This document shows positions 58,846-64,000 of a stretch of DNA of 64,000 nucleotides, piece by piece. The stretch comes from Cytophagales bacterium. GTDB lineage: Bacteria; Bacteroidota; Bacteroidia; Cytophagales; Spirosomataceae. The stretch spans positions 5,937 to 69,936 of the forward strand of contig JBBSTD010000014.1 of the NCBI GenBank assembly GCA_038236215.1, given 5' to 3'. The translations under genes were made by a program, and so were the position numbers. Numbering within the stretch: position 1 is the stretch's first letter; each line of letters begins with the position of its first letter. The notes below the pieces were generated by a model that saw only the letters and a list, made by a program, of their open reading frames with translations, had not been told where the DNA came from and did no database searches.

Positions 58846-59033
58846 TGCTGGCTAATCTGGGTCTGGTGTTGTACCAACCTACGGCCCTACGTGTTTATTC
58901 CCTGTATGCCTGTCGCAGGCAACTTACCCAAAGATTTTAACGACTCCATTCCGTTTTCTGGACAAAACCCAGTTGACGTATGGAAATATGCTATAGTTAA
59001 GATTGAAAATAGTAAACTTATTATTGGATTTTA

Positions 59034-59086
59034 CTTCAAATGTTTATACATTGACTTTACTCAAGTCAATGTATAAACATTTGAAG
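59034..59086. repeat. Perfect 24-bp inverted repeat in an AT-rich intergenic region
   Basis: CTTCAAATGTTTATACATTGACTT-TACTC-AAGTCAATGTATAAACATTTGAAG. Confidence 0.9.
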
Positions 59087-59283
59087 GTTACTGTATATTT
59101 ATTAGAAGGCTTAAATATTAGTAATCTAGCTATATTTACTTTATACTATTCTGTATCGGGTAACTACTATTTTTTACGCTTTCTTTCTATTTATTTTTTT
59201 TACGGTATTAATCCGGCAAATCGGCCCTTTTTCTGGTACGAACTTTGCTTAAATACACTGTATACTAACTCAAAAACTGTATC

Positions 59284-59412
59284 ATGTTTAAGATTCGTAT
59301 AATTGTTACTACCACCCTTACGACGGCTGATGTACAGAAGGTAGCCGCCTGGTCTATCCTGGCAGGCGCTACTGCCCTTTTCTGGTATGGTGTTTCTAAT
59401 CTCGTATTCTAA
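59284..59412 (+). CDS. Small hydrophobic peptide (42 aa)
   Basis: MFKIRIIVTTTLTTADVQKVAAWSILAGATALFWYGVSNLVF; C-terminal TM-like helix; not in the ORF track. Confidence 0.45.
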   Translation: MFKIRIIVTTTLTTADVQKVAAWSILAGATALFWYGVSNLVF

Positions 59413-59818
59413 AAGCTTACTTTAAGGCTTTTCGAACGGTCAACATCTTGATGATGTCTGCACCCGGTTCCGGGTTTGTACCTACGTCTCAACACCGTTG
59501 TTCGCTCCAGGCAGTTTTGGACTGCCTCTAGTAAAAAACCATTGTTCTACTCACGCTGGCGTTCAGCGTAACAGGTTTTCACGGTCCTTACTGGTTTCTA
59601 CTTCCGGGCAACGTTAGCTGTCCGGTCTTTTTATGGTCGGTACTCTACGGTTTATTGGGTTCATAGCTGTCCATATAAATAGCTCAATTCCTGCCCTTTT
59701 TACAACCGCAGAAGTAGTCTTTCACTTTTTCAGTAGAGTAACCCTGACTTGTTGCTTTATAGGAGCGACGGTATGGTGTACATCAGCACCAGTTGCCGAA
59801 TAATCAGGGTAACCGTAC

Positions 59819-61102
59819 ATGGACAAACTTCTGGCACAATCCCGTTGGTATCGACTGCTGCCAATCGCTTTTATCACGTATAGCCTGGCGTATCTGGACC
59901 GGGCCAATTTTGGGTTCGGGGCTGCCAGTGGTATGGCTGCGGATTTGCACATCACGCCCGCGATGTCGTCATTGTTAGGCTCGCTTTTCTTTCTGGGTTA
60001 TTTCTTCTTTCAGGTTCCGGGGGCGGTGTACGCCGAAAACCGATCTGCTAAAAAACTCATATTCTGGTCGCTTATTTTGTGGGGGGGGCTGGCTATGGCT
60101 ACCGGTATTATCAGCAACGTAAACGCCCTGATTGGTATCCGTTTTATGCTGGGTGTGGTCGAAAGTGCGGTGATGCCAGCCATGCTGCTTTTTCTGAGTC
60201 GATGGTTCACCAAAAAGGAGCGCTCACAGGCTAATACGTTTCTGATTCTGGGTAATCCGGTCACTATTCTCTGGATGTCGGTGCTATCGGGTTACCTGAT
60301 TCAGGCGGTGGGCTGGCGATGGATGTTTATCCTGGAAGGGCTGCCCGCCATTATCTGGGCATTTTTCTGGTGGCGGCTGGTAGATGATAAACCCGAGAAT
60401 GCCAGCTGGCTTACCCAACCCGAAAAACAGGCACTGGCGGTCCAGTTAGAAAAGGAGCAGCAGGGTATAAAGCCCGTTAAAAACTACGCCGAAGCGTTCA
60501 AATCCCGCGTGGTTATTCTGCTGAGTTTTCAGTACGCGCTGTGGAGTATTGGCGTGTACGGGTTTGTGATGTGGCTACCCTCCATCCTGAATGCGGCTCC
60601 CAACATGAACATCGTTAAAACCGGCTGGTTATCTTCGGTACCCTACGTGCTGGCAATTATTGGTATGCTGGGGGCCTCGTATTTTTCGGATAAAACCCTG
60701 AATCGGAAAGCCTTCGTGTGGCCCTTCCTGCTGGTAGGGGCTATCGCTTTCTACGGGTCTTATCTGGTTGGACCAGATAATTTCTGGCTGTCATTTGCGC
60801 TGCTCATCCTGGCCGGAGGGGCTATGTATGCGCCATACGGACCTTTTTTTGCCATCATCCCCGAAATTCTACCCCGAAACGTAGCGGGGGGTGCCATGGC
60901 CCTTATCAACAGTTTCGGGGCGTTGGGATCCTTTATTGGCGCCTATATTGTCGGGTATCTGAACGGCACAACCGGTGGGTTTGGCGCTTCCTACCTGTTC
61001 ATGGCGGGCTCACTGCTTCTGGCGGCCATTATTACCCTGATAGCGGTTAAAAAACCGGAATCCACCGAAACCCCGGAGTCGGCATCGGTAAGGCTGGTAT
61101 AA
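59819..61102 (+). CDS. MFS transporter (ACS family, KguT/sugar-acid permease-like)
   Basis: RWYRLLPIAFITYSLAYLDRAN, FFFQVPG, GVVESA, EGLPA. Confidence 0.88.
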   Translation: MDKLLAQSRWYRLLPIAFITYSLAYLDRANFGFGAASGMAADLHITPAMSSLLGSLFFLGYFFFQVPGAVYAENRSAKKLIFWSLILWGGLAMATGIISNVNALIGIRFMLGVVESAVMPAMLLFLSRWFTKKERSQANTFLILGNPVTILWMSVLSGYLIQAVGWRWMFILEGLPAIIWAFFWWRLVDDKPENASWLTQPEKQALAVQLEKEQQGIKPVKNYAEAFKSRVVILLSFQYALWSIGVYGFVMWLPSILNAAPNMNIVKTGWLSSVPYVLAIIGMLGASYFSDKTLNRKAFVWPFLLVGAIAFYGSYLVGPDNFWLSFALLILAGGAMYAPYGPFFAIIPEILPRNVAGGAMALINSFGALGSFIGAYIVGYLNGTTGGFGASYLFMAGSLLLAAIITLIAVKKPESTETPESASVRLV

Positions 61103-61159
61103 ACTGAAGACAGGATACGGCAACCCGACACGTTCTCAACGCCTGGCAGGGTTGAACTG

Positions 61160-61636
61160 TTAATTAATTTTAATCAGGTCAATGGTGAACACCAGAATGG
61201 AGTTTGCCGGAATGCCATTCTGCTCCTGCGAACCGTAGGCCAGGCTGGGCGGTAGATAGAGCGTGACACTGCCACCGGGCGCCACCAGCGGAATACCTTC
61301 CTGCCAGCCAACGATGAGTTGATCCAACCCGAAGCTAACGCCCCTGCCGCTGTCGAATTCCTCACCGTTTGTTAGTTTGCCCGCGTAATTGACCGTCAAG
61401 TTGGAACACACGCTTGGCTTCGTCCCCGAACCGGCCTTCTGAACACTATAATAAAAGCCCCGTTTATCGGCAGTGGCCCTGATATTGTTCGTTTCGATGT
61501 ACTGCTTCAGGGTAGAAACCTCTTCCTGCGGGGCTTCGGTCGTAACGGTAGCCTGGGTGCAGGGTGTTTGATTGGCTGACTGGCAACCGCCCAGGAGCAG
61601 GGAGCCGAGCAACAGCGTAAATCCGTATTTTATCAT
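61160..61636 (-). CDS. FKBP-type peptidyl-prolyl isomerase lipoprotein
   Basis: Lipobox LGGC; VNYAGKL, FDS, IVGWQEG, LAYG, LVFTIDL. Confidence 0.9.
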   Translation of the reverse strand: MIKYGFTLLLGSLLLGGCQSANQTPCTQATVTTEAPQEEVSTLKQYIETNNIRATADKRGFYYSVQKAGSGTKPSVCSNLTVNYAGKLTNGEEFDSGRGVSFGLDQLIVGWQEGIPLVAPGGSVTLYLPPSLAYGSQEQNGIPANSILVFTIDLIKIN

Positions 61637-61714
61637 TCGTAACAGCCCACCGGGGCAGGCTTATTTTGGTTGTTTAAGACTGATTTTCGGAATAGCCGTT
61701 CCGGGTATTTCGGT

Positions 61715-62560
61715 TCATTTGTAGGCGGTATTCGTACCTGTTTTATCTGCTACCCAGGCATAACTCTCGCCAAGAAATGTGTTAACCTGTTCGGCACCCT
61801 CTACCAGCGCAACGGGCAATATAGCACCCTGCCAGGAGGGGATATTCAGCCATTTTCCGGTAATGAGGGGCTGAGCAGTAGCGAAGTCGATAGGTTGCCG
61901 ACTGTTATAGCCCGATAGATAAAAATAAGGTTCCTGACTCACGGAGTCGGCAGTAGCAAAGCCAGCCCAGATGGCAGCCTGCTCGATACCGGTTTCGCCG
62001 GGAAATGAATAATAAACGCCCGTATCGAAATGATGCGGCCAGATACGGACTTCGCTCGTCTGACCACTTGACTCATTCAGGGTAGCCAGCACGGTCTGCG
62101 CCAGTTGTCGCCATTCGCCCCACGCTTCCAGACCAACGGGGCGGGAATAAGGCATATTGTCCGGAACAGGCGGTTTGTCCAGTGTATAGTTTAGCCCTTT
62201 TATATCCGTGACTCCCCAATCATGCATCACAGATTGCCACCAACTGGTTACTTCGACGGGTGTTTTACCCGCAATAGGGAAGGAGGCTACTGCTTGCTGC
62301 TGCTCATCGACAAACAGTAATCCGAAAGTCGAAGCATCAATAACCAGTTGAATTTGCTGGTTCTCCCGTTCAACGGGCCGCCCTGCCAGTCGTTGCCGCT
62401 CGTTGTTCCAGACCATGTTTGTATGGCTATCATCGGGCTGGTTTGGCAGCCAATTGGTACCCGTCAGCGCAATGTATTGCGCTAGGCTATGCAAAGTTTT
62501 GTCGGCCACAGTGAGTTTATCCGGTTGTGCAGGCATAGCATAGCTTATTTGGTAAAACAA
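61715..62560 (-). CDS. Conserved hypothetical protein (possibly DUF5996-like); start may be 62536
   Basis: RIWPHHFDTG and EPYFY motifs; 4-nt gap after hemF suggests co-transcription. Confidence 0.55.
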   Translation of the reverse strand: MFYQISYAMPAQPDKLTVADKTLHSLAQYIALTGTNWLPNQPDDSHTNMVWNNERQRLAGRPVERENQQIQLVIDASTFGLLFVDEQQQAVASFPIAGKTPVEVTSWWQSVMHDWGVTDIKGLNYTLDKPPVPDNMPYSRPVGLEAWGEWRQLAQTVLATLNESSGQTSEVRIWPHHFDTGVYYSFPGETGIEQAAIWAGFATADSVSQEPYFYLSGYNSRQPIDFATAQPLITGKWLNIPSWQGAILPVALVEGAEQVNTFLGESYAWVADKTGTNTAYK

Positions 62561-62564
62561 CTGG

Positions 62565-63491
62565 TCAGGCCCACTCCACCCCCTTACGCAGTAGATTCAG
62601 CGTTTCTTCCTCCCGGCTGCCGGGTTCGGGGTTGAAATCATAAATCCAGTTGGCTTGTGGTGGCATACTCATCAGAATAGATTCAGTACGGCCGTTGGTT
62701 TCCAGTCCAAACCGGGTGCCCCGGTCCCAAACCAGGTTGAACTCCACGTACCGGCCCCGACGCAGCAACTGCCAGTTTTTCTCCCGCTCGCCAAAAGGTA
62801 ACTGGTTATTCTGCTGCATAAAGTGCGTATAAATAGGGGCGAAGTTATTGCCAATATCCAGCACGAAGGCAAAAAGATCGGCTTTGTGCGCGGCATGTTC
62901 GGGTTTCAGGTAATCGAAAAAGATACCCCCAACGCCTCGCGTTTCCTGCCGGTGCGGAATGTAAAAGTAGTCATCGGCCCAGGGCTTGAATTTGGGGTAA
63001 TAGTCGACGCTATGGCGGTCGCAAACCGCTCTGAGGGACTGGTGAAACCACCGGGCATCGTTGGCCACTACGTAATGCGGAGTGAGGTCAATGCCACCAC
63101 CAAACCAGTTGTGCCCGGTACTCATCTCAAAATACCGGACGTTCATATGAATAATGGGCACCATCGGGTTGCGCGGGTGCAGCACGATGGATACTCCCGT
63201 TGCGTAGAACGTAGGCGGTGACTCATTGGGCGAATTTGGTATGTTCAGCGCACGAAGGGTCGCTTCCGTCGCTTCGCCGTGTACGGCCGAAAAACCGACG
63301 CCCCCTTTTTCGATAATGGAACCATCCGTGAGGGTGCGTGAGCGGCCCCCACCACCACCCGGCCGTTGCCAGGAATCTTCCCGAAATGTTCCGCTACCAT
63401 CCGCTCTTTCGAGTGCCTGACAGATACGGTCCTGCAAATCCATGAAAGCCGCCGAAATGGTCTCTTTTGTTAGTGTCTGTTCTGATGTCAT
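62565..63491 (-). CDS. hemF: Oxygen-dependent coproporphyrinogen III oxidase
   Basis: HPRNPMVPIIHMNVRYF, WFGGGIDLTP, RGVGGIFFD, RRGRYVEFNLVWDRGT. Confidence 0.95.
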   Translation of the reverse strand: MTSEQTLTKETISAAFMDLQDRICQALERADGSGTFREDSWQRPGGGGGRSRTLTDGSIIEKGGVGFSAVHGEATEATLRALNIPNSPNESPPTFYATGVSIVLHPRNPMVPIIHMNVRYFEMSTGHNWFGGGIDLTPHYVVANDARWFHQSLRAVCDRHSVDYYPKFKPWADDYFYIPHRQETRGVGGIFFDYLKPEHAAHKADLFAFVLDIGNNFAPIYTHFMQQNNQLPFGEREKNWQLLRRGRYVEFNLVWDRGTRFGLETNGRTESILMSMPPQANWIYDFNPEPGSREEETLNLLRKGVEWA

Positions 63492-63515
63492 ATGCCGCGC
63501 AAAGATACAACAGGA

Positions 63516-64000
63516 TTACTCCGACAATTTGAGTGCGTAGCGAACGGGACGGGGTTTGTCAATCAACAACAGGAGCCCCCGTTCCGCCAGTTGACGCAGG
63601 AGTTTACCCGCCCGGTACGCCGAGATGTTAATGAGTTTGGCAAACCGGTCGGCGGTAATAAAATCGTTCTTTCGCAGGTATTGAATAAGGGTCCGGGCCA
63701 TGGGCGATTTTAATAATTCCCGATTCTCGGTGTCAGCCGTAATAATTAGTTTATTCGTAGGAATTGATTTATCTCTTGCCCGAACGTAAATCGTCCGTTT
63801 CCCGGAATCGTCGATGAGGTAATGAGGTTTTTCGGTACTTTCTGGAACCGTTACGATGAGTACAATCCGCCCATCGGGCGATAATGTTTCGTAACTGACC
63901 GATAGGGCTGGCTGAATCAGTCGGTCGGTGGCAGCCTCAATTTTTTCAACTTCCTTAAATTCTGACGAAACGCCCTTTATTTTTCCATCATCAGCAATGC
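63516..64000 (-). CDS. AlbA/Schlafen-like domain protein with C-terminal winged HTH (5' end outside the window)
   Basis: One open frame from the window edge: GIADDGKIKGV...EKPHY...YVRARDKS, then ADRFAKLINISAYRAGKLL HTH. Confidence 0.7.
   Translation of the reverse strand, partial: IADDGKIKGVSSEFKEVEKIEAATDRLIQPALSVSYETLSPDGRIVLIVTVPESTEKPHYLIDDSGKRTIYVRARDKSIPTNKLIITADTENRELLKSPMARTLIQYLRKNDFITADRFAKLINISAYRAGKLLRQLAERGLLLLIDKPRPVRYALKLSE

Noticed and set aside
59003-59302. 99-aa ORF across the AT-rich palindrome region
   Set aside because: Low-complexity translation of AT-rich DNA that includes the palindrome; no motif. The 42-aa ORF at 59284 is more gene-like.
1-64000. CRISPR array, rRNA or prophage
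   Set aside because: No regularly spaced direct repeats with unique spacers, no rRNA-like sequence and no phage genes were found by eye.
63516-64000. Schlafen/AlbA protein as an anti-phage system
   Set aside because: Truncated by the window edge and sits beside housekeeping hemF with no defence neighbours visible; cannot be supported.

Overview
A mostly chromosomal-backbone window from a Bacteroidota genome. A Cytophagales/Spirosoma-like source is inferred from gene content and TAnnTTTG promoters. Gene content: an L-rhamnose catabolic locus (rhaT, rhaD-dehydrogenase fusion, isomerase, kinase, GH105, rhaM) interrupted by a palindrome-flanked HUH/Y1 transposase (RAYT-like); secreted hydrolases and peptidases; a PIN toxin-antitoxin pair; an amber-split photolyase/cryptochrome; glnS; a TolC-MFP-RND pump; tRNA-Glu(TTC); a TonB-dependent receptor with a Cys/His-rich Asp-box partner; GH92; ohrR-ohr-oxidoreductase; an MFP-TolC-ABC exporter with its own sigma54-type two-component system; a modABC operon; a spore-photoproduct-lyase-like radical SAM gene; an MFS transporter; and hemF. 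No CRISPR array, rRNA, prophage or integrase was seen. The most interesting signals are non-coding or lie below the ORF threshold: (1) a perfect 24-bp inverted repeat that contains both a ModE-type box and the whole -33/-7 promoter of the mod operon, whose first gene is a Cys-less molybdopterin-fold protein; (2) a nested REP architecture around the transposase plus several (G)TATC-headed REP doublets elsewhere; (3) seven heptamer-repeat foldback elements fused to stop codons; (4) a sigma54-like promoter with tandem palindromic upstream sites; (5) hidden pseudogene remnants (rhaT paralog, xanthine-dehydrogenase-family C-terminus); (6) several small hydrophobic ORFs. All family assignments come from motif recognition by eye; no database search was run.
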